Virus record (IMG/VR): IMGVR_UViG_3300022538_000472
Span: 35,139 to 99,138 of that record
Strand: one strand, 5' to 3'
Length of the DNA: 64,000 bases
Origin: a virus
Shown here: piece after piece, positions 34,556 to 43,671 of the stretch
Numbering within the stretch: position 1 is the first letter of the stretch
How the letters are laid out: the number at the start of each line of letters is the position of its first letter
Translations under genes and position numbers: made by a program
The notes under the pieces: generated by a model
What the model saw: the letters and a program-made list of their open reading frames with translations, nothing else
Databases searched by the model: none
Told to the model about the DNA's origin: nothing

Positions 34556-36022
34556 CTAGGTGATCAGACCACCAGCTCCTTGACCCCAAATCGCATACGA
34601 ACTCCTAGCAGGCGGTGGTCCGCTGGATCCCCCGTCTAAGAAATAATCGCTCGCGGGGAATGGGCTTCTCAGGTGCTGTTGTGGCGTATAGGCGACGTGG
34701 TCAATGCGACCGGCGAGTTGTGGTGCTCTCAGGATGATACGCTGCTCGGTCAGGAGACCCAGCAGGTAGCACCACAACTGCCCGTCGTAAGCCCAACTGA
34801 AGATTCCATTGTCGCTCCAGAAGTCGGGGCGACGCATGTTCATGAAGGGCTTGATATTGGCCTGTGCCACAGACGAGCGGTAGTCAAGGTATTCGCGGTA
34901 GGTGACGGGGAAGTTGCCTAAGACAGTCAAAGGCACAAAGTAAACGGTGGACGCGAATTGACCTTGGACAAGATTGGCGTTGTTGGCGGCGTCGTGCTCG
35001 AAGATACCGTCGTCGATTACGACCGGGTAGTTGACGCCGTTGATGGGCAGGTACATACCGTCGCGCAGTTTATCGCGCAGGTTGACGTTAGACTCGTCGT
35101 TGATGATGCCAACCTGCGTTCCTGCGAAGTCCTGGCAGCGGTTGGTCAGATAGCGGCATGGCCAGCATGCGCTGAGCTCATACCAGAGGTTGGCAGTCAT
35201 TGCGATGACCCACTTGACCGGCTTGAGTTTCATCTTGCGTGCATTGTAGTCCAGATACCATGCCATCATGGACATGTACTCCACAATGTCATTGACTGTA
35301 CCGCAGACATCGGCGTAGTTGAAGTCTTTCACGTCGGAATCGAGGGCCGGGCAGAGGACGCCAGGTCGGTCGGCATCTACTTGTCCGGTTGCGATTTGGA
35401 CGTCAAGACCGGGGAACTCATTGACTACAGCGGTCGTTCCCTGCCAGTACTGGTGGGTCAACTCGCGCTGCATCTGGACGCCAGCGACGAGCATCTCGGA
35501 CAGTGTGACAACGTTCAGAAGATCGCCACCGGTCAGATTAGCGGGGACGAGTCCCATGGCCGCCTGGTCGTTGCCCAGCAAACTGCCGAGCAACTGCAAG
35601 TCCATGAAGTCGCCACGGTTGAGACGCGTGATGACTTTGTTGAACTCGATGGTGTTGGTATCGAAGCGTAGTTGCCCGAAGCGAGCGGTGAGATTACAGC
35701 CTTTCAAGTAAGCGTGAGGCGCGGCCTCGCACTTATTCTCAGGCTGGTGGCCATAACTGCCCGTGATGCCAGTGATGGTAGCATAGCGCGGATCAGTGTC
35801 CATTGATGGGTTGATTGGAAGAACAGAAGCGATGCCTTCGGGCTGGACGTGTGCGGTTAGAATCTCGCGATTCAGGCCGAAGGTGCTGAAGATTCCACCG
35901 GGGCCGTGCAAGGTAAAGCCGGTTCCAGTGTGGGCGTAAGCGCCTTTCTTGTCGGTGCCGAGTCCCTTGACCGCGTCGGCCAAGTTGCTAAGCACCTGGA
36001 TTTGTTCTTGTGACAGTTTCAT
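34556..36022 (-). CDS. Major capsid protein
   Basis: 488 aa directly downstream of the protease/scaffold, with a strong GGAGG RBS and a terminator after it. EFPGLD.QI.TG..D motif. Confidence 0.75.
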   Translation of the reverse strand: MKLSQEQIQVLSNLADAVKGLGTDKKGAYAHTGTGFTLHGPGGIFSTFGLNREILTAHVQPEGIASVLPINPSMDTDPRYATITGITGSYGHQPENKCEAAPHAYLKGCNLTARFGQLRFDTNTIEFNKVITRLNRGDFMDLQLLGSLLGNDQAAMGLVPANLTGGDLLNVVTLSEMLVAGVQMQRELTHQYWQGTTAVVNEFPGLDVQIATGQVDADRPGVLCPALDSDVKDFNYADVCGTVNDIVEYMSMMAWYLDYNARKMKLKPVKWVIAMTANLWYELSACWPCRYLTNRCQDFAGTQVGIINDESNVNLRDKLRDGMYLPINGVNYPVVIDDGIFEHDAANNANLVQGQFASTVYFVPLTVLGNFPVTYREYLDYRSSVAQANIKPFMNMRRPDFWSDNGIFSWAYDGQLWCYLLGLLTEQRIILRAPQLAGRIDHVAYTPQQHLRSPFPASDYFLDGGSSGPPPARSSYAIWGQGAGGLIT

Positions 36023-36024
36023 GG

Positions 36025-38811
36025 TTAGTTACCTCCTACTGCTGATTGATCCGTTTCACCGATGAAGGCGTCTACGAAGGGGATGCCAGTGATGGCATCA
36101 GCGAGGGATGCTGTTTCCTCGGGGCCAGACTTGGCCAGTTCGGAGTCGGCCTTCACGAAGGTCGCCTTACTGCCAATGACAGACTGGAGTAAGGAACTCA
36201 GAGAAGCGGCGGGAGTCTCGGCGGCCTTCTCGGCGACTTTGACGTCGTCGGCCTCTTTGAGCGACTTGACTTCGGCCACTAGCGGCTTGAGTGCCTCGGT
36301 GATTTCAGCCACGACTGTCTCAGTAGTCTCCTTGATTTCACCTCGGAGCACTTCGACCATAGCCTTCATCGCGTCGGCCACCTCCTCACGGGTGAGGACG
36401 TTGACCTCTGGCTTTGGCTCTACTGCCTTCTCTGCCTCTACCTTGGTTGTGGTCTCAGCATCTTCCTTCCTGCCAGATGCCGTTGCCATTTCCTCGGCAA
36501 TGGCGGAGAGTTTCTCGCCAGCGTCGCCACCGACTTTGCCTGCCAGCATGCGGAGTTGGCCCGCCAGTGATGCCACGTCGGTCTTCGCCTTCTCGGCTTC
36601 GTCGGTCTTCATCTTCTCGGCTGTCGGAATTGCTTTCTCCAACTTGGTGCAGAAGACCTCGACTTGGCCCTTTAGGCCCTCATCTTCGATGGACTCGGCG
36701 ATTTCCTTGATGCGTGCTACGTAGTTACCGCCAGCCTTTTCATCTTCGGGTGGGGCTTCCTTGAAGTCAACCTCACCCTCCAGTCTTTTGGTGCTTTCCT
36801 CACCGACTTTCACGATGGAGTCAACTAATTCCTGACCACCAACAATCATGAAAGCCTTGCGTTGCTGCTCGTTCATTTGTTTTACCTCCTGGAGTATCTG
36901 TGGCATTGGACTATATGGATTGGACGCATAGCGAGCCGGAAGAACCGTGCTCTCATTTATGTCAAACCAGTTATATACACCGTCTACTGCGCGATCCGTT
37001 GACTTGTAGGAATACTTGTGGGAGGTTCCCCAACCTTCGGGTGCGATGTCGGGATGCGAGTGTGGATGTGCGGAGAAGAACTCCTTGAACGCTCGTCCAA
37101 TTGTCGTGTCGTCGAATGGCCCAGCTTGGGCCAGAAAGCGGCCCACCATAGCCTGTAATCGGACAGTGCCGAACTTAGAGCCTGGCGTATGCCAGAACCA
37201 GAATTCCCCCTTGATGTCGTCGTTCTCTTTGCGGTCTACGAAGTCGCTGATTGATTGAGTAGTGAATATCTCGCCTTCTCTGTCCTTGAAGGCGTTGGTG
37301 GTCCATTGGAACCACCAGGTAGTGCCATCTAGTGCTTTAAATGCGAAGGCGGTTGAGCCTTGGTCGAGGGCCTTTTTGCCTGCGATTGACAGAAGTGTGC
37401 CAAGGTCGAATTCGTCCGAGTCAGTGTCATCGTTGTCGTTGTCGTTCGGCTTGTCGTCGTAGGTGGCCCACCCTATGAACTCACCGAGGGAGACAAGGAA
37501 TTCATTTAGTTCATCCTTGAGTTTCTGGAGGAGGCCGACTTTATCTTGGCGGACGCGGCGGCCTTCCTTCTCACCCTCGGCTTTTATTGCTGTACCCACG
37601 CCAGATGCGACCGCCGCAGTAACGGCGCGACCTGCCTGAACACCGGCTGCTTCAACTTCGGCCTGGGTTGCGTCCTTCATCATTCCATCGCATTCCTCGC
37701 ACTCGATCTCAGCGCAGGGAGCATCATCCTTGCGCTCAGTGACGTGATTGCATTTCTCACAGATGCAATAGTCGCTGCGTACCTTTTTGCTCTCAGCAAG
37801 TAACTCCTGTGCCTTTTTACGCAGTCTCTCTACAGTGGCAGCAGGGAACCGTTTGCCTTCTTTGTCCTTCATCTGGGACATACGAGCCAGTGCATTGCGG
37901 AGGTGACCTAAGTCTATCTCGCCATCTTTGCCGCGCACAGGAAGGTGGCGAAGGGAAAGCGGGCGTGTGATGTCATCCTTCTTCTCACCGCCAGATTCAA
38001 TGAGCAAGAATGCGGTGTCAGGAAGTTTACCGATATACGCGCCCGACCACTTCGCCTTGTCACCGGTCTTGGCTCGCTTCACCCATGCATCTCCCTCAAT
38101 TTCGTAGAGTTCCTTGAATTGCGCGATAGCAGCGCCCCAGGGTGACTCGGGGCCGTCCTCGGCGGCTTCCATTGCGTCGGCCCAACTAGCCACTAGGTTT
38201 GCCTGTGTCAAGTCAATTGGCGGCTTGATTCCCCTAAGCGCAGGATTCGCCTCACTTAGTTTGCCGTACACCTTTTCGCCTTCCAATTCCACTTGCTCAT
38301 CGTCTAGCAGAACTGTGATCTCCTGCATGTCAGTAGTCTCCTTTGTTCCCTCTACCTCTGGCTCTGGTTGCGCCTTGTCAGCCATGTCAGCGGTCGCAGG
38401 ACTGCCAGGGTCTACACTTGGACGCACTACGCTTGACATAACCGTCTGGACGCCAGCGGGAACGTCTACAGCCAATGGCTCAGCGTACTCCTTGAACCCC
38501 TCAATAGGGTACTCCCATAATGTCTCATATTCGGGCCACCAGCGCATCCGGTCAACCCGACTCACTCGATGCCTTGATTCCTTCGTGTCAAAGTCTTCCA
38601 GCGACCTTTCTACTGGCTCTCCCAGTGTCATATCCCCCAAGCCCAATCCAACCCCGTCCACCTTCGACACCAGCATCCAGTCGCCGCGCAGGTCGAACAG
38701 CTTGTGACCAGGGACATACTTTGACTTGACAATAGCAGACTTCGCGCCGGTTGCAATCAACTCACCGTGGGGGGGAACTAAGTATAGACCTCTGGTTTGC
38801 TTAAGACTCAT
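36025..38811 (-). CDS. Multidomain prohead protease/scaffold protein
   Basis: Protease-like core (TTNAFKDREGEIF...FWFWHTPG) and an acidic Ala/Glu/Lys scaffold tail. Extra N-terminal modules include a CxxC Zn finger and a ChaB-like helix pair. Likely start is ATG 38811. Confidence 0.7.
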   Translation of the reverse strand: MSLKQTRGLYLVPPHGELIATGAKSAIVKSKYVPGHKLFDLRGDWMLVSKVDGVGLGLGDMTLGEPVERSLEDFDTKESRHRVSRVDRMRWWPEYETLWEYPIEGFKEYAEPLAVDVPAGVQTVMSSVVRPSVDPGSPATADMADKAQPEPEVEGTKETTDMQEITVLLDDEQVELEGEKVYGKLSEANPALRGIKPPIDLTQANLVASWADAMEAAEDGPESPWGAAIAQFKELYEIEGDAWVKRAKTGDKAKWSGAYIGKLPDTAFLLIESGGEKKDDITRPLSLRHLPVRGKDGEIDLGHLRNALARMSQMKDKEGKRFPAATVERLRKKAQELLAESKKVRSDYCICEKCNHVTERKDDAPCAEIECEECDGMMKDATQAEVEAAGVQAGRAVTAAVASGVGTAIKAEGEKEGRRVRQDKVGLLQKLKDELNEFLVSLGEFIGWATYDDKPNDNDNDDTDSDEFDLGTLLSIAGKKALDQGSTAFAFKALDGTTWWFQWTTNAFKDREGEIFTTQSISDFVDRKENDDIKGEFWFWHTPGSKFGTVRLQAMVGRFLAQAGPFDDTTIGRAFKEFFSAHPHSHPDIAPEGWGTSHKYSYKSTDRAVDGVYNWFDINESTVLPARYASNPYSPMPQILQEVKQMNEQQRKAFMIVGGQELVDSIVKVGEESTKRLEGEVDFKEAPPEDEKAGGNYVARIKEIAESIEDEGLKGQVEVFCTKLEKAIPTAEKMKTDEAEKAKTDVASLAGQLRMLAGKVGGDAGEKLSAIAEEMATASGRKEDAETTTKVEAEKAVEPKPEVNVLTREEVADAMKAMVEVLRGEIKETTETVVAEITEALKPLVAEVKSLKEADDVKVAEKAAETPAASLSSLLQSVIGSKATFVKADSELAKSGPEETASLADAITGIPFVDAFIGETDQSAVGGN

Positions 38812-38830
38812 CTCTGTATGTCCATAACGC

Positions 38831-38858
38831 AAAAACCGGGAGCACAATGGCTCCCGGT
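38831..38858 (-). terminator. Intrinsic terminator downstream of the ncRNA
   Basis: ACCGGGAGC/GCTCCCGGT stem followed by TTTTT on the minus strand. Confidence 0.75.
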
Positions 38859-38888
38859 CTGAAGCAATTCTATTAGATTATTCTATTT

Positions 38889-38994
38889 TGGTCTGACAGG
38901 ACGGGAGTTGAACCCGTCTCTTTTGTCCCGTACCTCAGAGTTGAACTGAGCCGAAGGCAGTACTACCTTCGGGTTCCGCAACGCCTGCCAGACC
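38889..38994 (-). ncRNA. Double-T-loop tRNA-like structured RNA, copy 2
   Basis: Closing stem GGTCTGGCAGG/CCTGTCAGACC ending ...ACCA, a 22-nt hairpin, CTCAG-TTCAACT-CTGAG, linker GTACGGGACAAAAGAG, and ACGGG-TTCAACT-CCCGT. Has its own promoter and terminator. Confidence 0.85.
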
Positions 38995-39005
38995 TCTATA
39001 TTGCC

Positions 39006-39034
39006 AGTATACTATAACTCCAATCTTATGTCAA
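39006..39034 (-). promoter_or_regulatory. sigma70 promoter for the ncRNA
   Basis: TTGACA-17 nt-TATACT, 11 nt upstream of the RNA stem. Confidence 0.85.
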
Positions 39035-39038
39035 TATC

Positions 39039-39296
39039 TCAACTACTCAGTTTATCCAATATCTCGAGCACGTTTGCCTTCTTCGGCTCCAGCCGCTTCA
39101 CTATTGGCCTTGTCCAAATCAATGGGTCACCAAACTCAATGGACGCCGGATTCCCGTCAGCATTGACCAGTATACTGATAGTCAGCACTGCGTAGCCACC
39201 CTCAGCGTGAATCTTGCCACGTGCCATAGATTGCAGGCGTCGTGCTACACTCAGCCAAGGTGGTCTCAGATCGCTGATGGTCAATGGACGTGTCAT
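39039..39296 (-). CDS. Hypothetical protein
   Basis: 85-aa ORF with a GGAG RBS. Confidence 0.55.
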   Translation of the reverse strand: MTRPLTISDLRPPWLSVARRLQSMARGKIHAEGGYAVLTISILVNADGNPASIEFGDPLIWTRPIVKRLEPKKANVLEILDKLSS

Positions 39297-39393
39297 ATTG
39301 TCTCCAGGCGCGGGGCTACAATTGGTTACTCACTCTCGGTGCTATTTGGCTATTTTAGTGTCGCTCCTGAGCCAAAATGGGCCAGGAGCAGGG

Positions 39394-40335
39394 TCAGAAG
39401 GGTATCGGAACCCCAGATTCATCAAATAATTGCTCTGCGTAGACACTCGACCGATGCTTTGCCTTTACTATATTGAGCCATATACGAGAAATTTTCGTCC
39501 GTCGTTTGGTTGACCGAGCACCCCAGTCCAAGAGTTTCCCGCCCCCCTCAACAATGAAGGTAGCAATCGTGGCTGTAAGTTCCTCCACAAACTGCTGCGC
39601 CGACTCATTGTCTTCGATTCTGAGATCATCGGGAATCAATTTGAGCGCACGCGAGATAGCCACTGCTTCAATGCCAGGATTGGCAGGATTGGGGGCAATG
39701 TAGATTCTTGGATAGGCAATTTCCACTTCGCCATCTTCCAGAGGAGCAGGCTCTGACTTTCCAAAGTTGCCGCTGAGATTCTTTCCTGGAGGGGTATTGG
39801 CAAATTCCTTCCAGTCCAATCCATCTAGTTGTTCAAGGTCCTCAATCAATTGTCGTTCCTCAACATCAAAAGAGGAAACCTTGTCTGCCTCTGCCAGAAG
39901 CACTACTTTGCCAGATTTGAGTGGCATGCGCTGATAGTTGTCCTTGCCAATCCTTCGACAAATCTCAGTGATGGTTTCAGCATCATCTTTAAGAAGCATA
40001 AGTCCCGATTCTTCCTCAATGGTCTTTTCTAGTGCATTCTTCGCACGCCATTTCACGTATTTTTGCTGACGCTTCTCGCAGCGGAAACAGAAGCCGTCAT
40101 GATAGAGACCACAAAAGCACGGTGTATGCTTCCATTGAAAACTGCCTTCTATCTCAACATGACGCCCAAACCATCCACCGCACATTTCCCGACGTTCTAA
40201 CCATCGCTCTTGCTCTCCAGAAGATAGTGTATCAAAGATAGCAACGTCCAGTGAGATAATTGGGATAGGTCGTGGGCCAATCCAAGGTTCCTCATCACTC
40301 AAAAAGTCAGATAGTCCATCTGGGTCGCGGTTCAT
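39394..40335 (-). CDS. Hypothetical Cys/His-containing protein
   Basis: 313 aa with an AAGGAGG RBS and a CG...HTPCFCG..H..FCFRC cluster. Function unknown. Confidence 0.6.
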   Translation of the reverse strand: MNRDPDGLSDFLSDEEPWIGPRPIPIISLDVAIFDTLSSGEQERWLERREMCGGWFGRHVEIEGSFQWKHTPCFCGLYHDGFCFRCEKRQQKYVKWRAKNALEKTIEEESGLMLLKDDAETITEICRRIGKDNYQRMPLKSGKVVLLAEADKVSSFDVEERQLIEDLEQLDGLDWKEFANTPPGKNLSGNFGKSEPAPLEDGEVEIAYPRIYIAPNPANPGIEAVAISRALKLIPDDLRIEDNESAQQFVEELTATIATFIVEGGGKLLDWGARSTKRRTKISRIWLNIVKAKHRSSVYAEQLFDESGVPIPF

Positions 40336-40363
40336 AGTTCGTCCTCCTTAGTAATATGTATCC

Positions 40364-40888
40364 TTAGCCATAAGCCTTCTTCATCCCCACTTTCACTGCC
40401 GTATTCATGCGCTTTACGAACGGCTTCTTTCTGCGCTTCTGAACCAGTTCAGACCAGCCACGTGCTTGGATACCAGGGTGCATCACCGACTTTGCAGAGC
40501 GCCAGTGAACGCCGACATAATAGGAACCTCTAGTAGTCAGAGTGCCGGGGCGCGTGCCAGGATTATACCCCAATCTAAATTTTAGCAAAGGCGCACGACG
40601 TGCGGTGATGGGATAGGGGCCTCTGGTTCCTTCATCAAGCCACTTCCACTTCTGCACTGCTTTGAGCGTACCAGTCGGCCCCGTCAGCACTGTCGCTTCC
40701 TTAGTAGTCAAACCGATGAGCGTCTCGAACCCAGGCCGTGCGCCTCGGAAGTTGCGAACTGTCTTCTCCAGTTCCTTCTTTACAACGCGGCCTTCGGCTC
40801 GTAGCGCGTTAAGGATTTCCAGGCGGACCTTGTCGACCCGAAGACGCCTTGGGCGAATGGCCTTGACCTCGAAAACTACGCTAGCCAT
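40364..40888 (-). CDS. Putative neck/tail-completion (gp10-like) protein
   Basis: Basic protein with WLDEGTR...V.HPGIQAR motif in the structural region. Confidence 0.55.
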   Translation of the reverse strand: MASVVFEVKAIRPRRLRVDKVRLEILNALRAEGRVVKKELEKTVRNFRGARPGFETLIGLTTKEATVLTGPTGTLKAVQKWKWLDEGTRGPYPITARRAPLLKFRLGYNPGTRPGTLTTRGSYYVGVHWRSAKSVMHPGIQARGWSELVQKRRKKPFVKRMNTAVKVGMKKAYG

Positions 40889-40897
40889 AGAATTGCC

Positions 40898-41488
40898 TCA
40901 CCCCACTGTCTCCTCATACCACTGCGCAACGAGCGAGAACTGTTGTGCATTTCCCGCTCTATTCGTGACTCGAACAAGGTACGATGTATTGGGCCGCAAG
41001 ATGTCCTCAGTGTTGTCTCTGATCGCACCACCGGCTGACCTGCCAGTAGTCCCTCCGCCAACAAACTCGCCGTGAATCTCCGTCCCGACGTTGTTGATGG
41101 TCGGACCCCACCTCGCAGCCACGGTGGAGGTTCCTATACTGTAATCCTTCAGATTGTGCGGTGTCTGGGTCGTCCCGTCCAAGTCAAAGTCTGGGCCGCG
41201 ATAGATATTGAACTCACAGTCACCACCGAATCCAAGCGCGAAGACAACATGCGCATGCTTGCTGCCAGTGATCAATACCAAGTCCACGAATCCATTATCT
41301 GCCACAAGTGATCCATGCGGCGAGATGTACCAAGCGCGAAATGTCTCGCCTTCATGTACCTCATGGTGAACGGTCGAGATTGTAGCAAGAGCGTCTGTGA
41401 TTTCATCCGTGAGCAAAACCTGCGCCTCGCTAGACGCAGGCAGGGCGAGAGTAACACGCCCACTTCCACCTGAGAATCCTAAGGCCAT
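40898..41488 (-). CDS. Hypothetical beta-rich structural protein
   Basis: AGGAGG RBS; beta-strand-rich composition. Confidence 0.55.
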   Translation of the reverse strand: MALGFSGGSGRVTLALPASSEAQVLLTDEITDALATISTVHHEVHEGETFRAWYISPHGSLVADNGFVDLVLITGSKHAHVVFALGFGGDCEFNIYRGPDFDLDGTTQTPHNLKDYSIGTSTVAARWGPTINNVGTEIHGEFVGGGTTGRSAGGAIRDNTEDILRPNTSYLVRVTNRAGNAQQFSLVAQWYEETVG

Positions 41489-41497
41489 AATGTCCTC

Positions 41498-41803
41498 CTA
41501 TGTCATCGCCAGCCAGTTGACGCGCTGAGTGCCAGACACCGCGCGGGCCATTATCTTTTCCACGTCGTTGATTGGAATTGTAATGGCGGAACCTGCTGTC
41601 AGTCTAATGGTGCAGCCCTGCGTGTTGTTTCCAATTAGCACATTGGCATCGTTGTCTGGGTCTGATTGCACCAGTACCTCGAAGCAACCCACGGTCACGG
41701 CAGAGATTGCAACCGCGTTTACACCAACCAGTATTGTGCCAGTATGCATTGCGTCGTAAGTCTGGCCTCCGAGTTGGGCTTTGCCACCTATTAGTTTGGT
41801 CAT
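41498..41803 (-). CDS. Hypothetical small beta-sandwich protein
   Basis: GGAG RBS; V.IGN...G..L.AG..ITIPI pattern. Confidence 0.55.
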   Translation of the reverse strand: MTKLIGGKAQLGGQTYDAMHTGTILVGVNAVAISAVTVGCFEVLVQSDPDNDANVLIGNNTQGCTIRLTAGSAITIPINDVEKIMARAVSGTQRVNWLAMT

Positions 41804-41812
41804 GATTATCTC

Positions 41813-42127
41813 CTATTTGAGTCGTGCCTCAATCCGTGAGTGTTCTTGGCTCAGCCTTCCTAGTGCTCCATTGATTTCCCTGAGTGACTGCGTGAATTCT
41901 GCGTGAGTTTTCAGCATCGCACGGGTCATCTCACGCCACTGTTCTAGATGCTCATCCTGAGATGCCAGCGCACGCTCTGCCAGTCTGCGGACGAAGTCCT
42001 GCTGCTCGCAGGCTATCTCCTGCTGTTTCTTGGAGTAGTCCCTGAACCAGACACCGACGGCTATCAGCACCAGAGTTAACAGACCAAATGCACCGTATTG
42101 CAAGAAACTGGACACGTCGGAGCTCAT
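41813..42127 (-). CDS. Putative holin (one N-terminal TM plus coiled coil)
   Basis: FLQYGAFGLLTLVLIAVGVWF followed by a coiled-coil tail (BhlA-like layout). Confidence 0.55.
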   Translation of the reverse strand: MSSDVSSFLQYGAFGLLTLVLIAVGVWFRDYSKKQQEIACEQQDFVRRLAERALASQDEHLEQWREMTRAMLKTHAEFTQSLREINGALGRLSQEHSRIEARLK

Positions 42128-42360
42128 TCTCGACTCCCTGACGTTGCAATCACGCCACTCACCATAATTGACAGTACCAGGCCAAATCCCAGCAGCAGAG
42201 CAGATGACATTGTCCATCCATTGTAACTGAAAGTGACCCGCCATGCCACAGCAAGAGTGAATGTCCATAGTGACGCCGCCAGGCACTTCGAACCACTGTG
42301 CCACCAGGGGCGGTTGTCAATCTTGGATTTCCTACTCGTCTTTGAGCCATTGCCGTTCAT
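42124..42360 (-). CDS. Small membrane protein
   Basis: Two hydrophobic segments; coupled to neighbours. Confidence 0.5.
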   Translation of the reverse strand: MNGNGSKTSRKSKIDNRPWWHSGSKCLAASLWTFTLAVAWRVTFSYNGWTMSSALLLGFGLVLSIMVSGVIATSGSRE

Positions 42361-42572
42361 GATTGACTCCTCCTGTACTCATCGTATGCTCTGTGTGCTT
42401 CTCCAGCCCAGGCTGCAAGGAGCCAGACACTCACGACTGCCATGATGACACCAAGTACCCACATCTCCCCTTGCTCAAATGTATGCCCTGTTGTCGAGCG
42501 ACACATTATCCACATATAAGCCAAAAAACAAATTAGTCCCATCCACCCGTTCATCGTTGTCCTCCCCGTCAT
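42357..42572 (-). CDS. Small membrane protein
   Basis: Two hydrophobic segments. Confidence 0.5.
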   Translation of the reverse strand: MTGRTTMNGWMGLICFLAYMWIMCRSTTGHTFEQGEMWVLGVIMAVVSVWLLAAWAGEAHRAYDEYRRSQS

Positions 42573-42581
42573 AATCTACTC

Positions 42582-42848
42582 TCAATCAAACTTCAATTCA
42601 GGCAGCCATCGCTCGGGCCACTTGTCAGCAAGCCACCGCGCAAATTGCTCTGGGACTTTCCACTTCGTCAACGACCAGTATAACTGCTCCCGGCGAACCC
42701 AGATGATGAAGACCCTAATCTGCACCACCATCTTCTCCCAGGCCGGGACAACAAATTTGGCTATTGTTTCTCTCAAGTCCAGAAGGCTCTGGCGCAGTGC
42801 TTCCCACTGTTCCATAGCCTCATTGAGATTTGTCAAGTCTCTGTCCAT
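42582..42848 (-). CDS. Hypothetical protein
   Basis: 88-aa helical ORF. Confidence 0.5.
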   Translation of the reverse strand: MDRDLTNLNEAMEQWEALRQSLLDLRETIAKFVVPAWEKMVVQIRVFIIWVRREQLYWSLTKWKVPEQFARWLADKWPERWLPELKFD

Positions 42849-42858
42849 TTGGCTACCT

Positions 42859-43515
42859 CTAACTTCCCATCCACAACAACTTACACTCTGATCGCGCCAC
42901 TTTCTCTGGCCTCGTAGACCAGACGTGTGGACAGTTAACGTGATATGGTGGCGGATTGTTCTCCGCTACTCTCAATGGTACTTCACCGCGCGCAACCCAG
43001 CCTATGCAAACTGGGCACACTGCTGTCTTCGGGTCCAATTTCGCTGTACCCATTACCTGACTATTGAATCTGTAGAAGTCCTGTTGTGCCTTTGCACGTG
43101 CTGAGACCTCAGTGTGCTGCGCTATCTGCGGCTGCTTCCACTCGTTCCTTCTTGCTTCCCAACCAGCAAGCCGACTAGCATAGACCCAGCGGTTGGCTGT
43201 CGGTGTCTCCTCATAGATGTGCCGTATGGCAAGTGCCACATCATAGTTAAACGTATTGACAATAGATACTGCATCCCGCCGACTCGCCTCATTCAACTCT
43301 GTGAGAGAAGGTCCTTCCCTCAAATTCCCACGGCGACTGGGACAACCCGCTCTTGATGCCTGTTCAGTCAGTTCATCCTCGTAGAAAGTGCGCCTGCTCC
43401 TAAGCAGGGTTACTCTAATTTCCTCTTCGTCCACTGGCGTCATGCGAAACATCAGATGAACCAGTTTTTGAACATTTGTCATTTGGTCTACTAGTGATCT
43501 CCAATCACGTGGCAC
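42859..43515 (-). CDS. Head morphogenesis (Mu F/SPP1 gp7-like) protein
   Basis: C-terminal CPVC...PPPYHVNCPH motif, downstream of the portal. GGAG RBS before GTG 43515. Confidence 0.7.
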   Translation of the reverse strand: MPRDWRSLVDQMTNVQKLVHLMFRMTPVDEEEIRVTLLRSRRTFYEDELTEQASRAGCPSRRGNLREGPSLTELNEASRRDAVSIVNTFNYDVALAIRHIYEETPTANRWVYASRLAGWEARRNEWKQPQIAQHTEVSARAKAQQDFYRFNSQVMGTAKLDPKTAVCPVCIGWVARGEVPLRVAENNPPPYHVNCPHVWSTRPEKVARSECKLLWMGS

Positions 43516-43671
43516 TGATGGACTCCTGTGTGTCCTGAGCAATTGCTCCTTGCCACGCCTCGTCAGAAATTCCCCTCAGTTTCCGCAGCCGCTCGGAGTT
43601 GTCAAGCATCTTAGCAATGTCGGCGAGCAATTGCTTTCGCAACTTTCTTAATCTGCGCTTCTGTTTTTCAC

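Noticed and set aside
38893-38991. Canonical tRNA-Leu(CAA) or tRNA-Sec
   Set aside because: The middle loop is a T-loop copy (TTCAACT, C at position 37). The copy at 24.3 kb has TTCGATT there, and the D and variable regions do not fit, so no anticodon is assigned.
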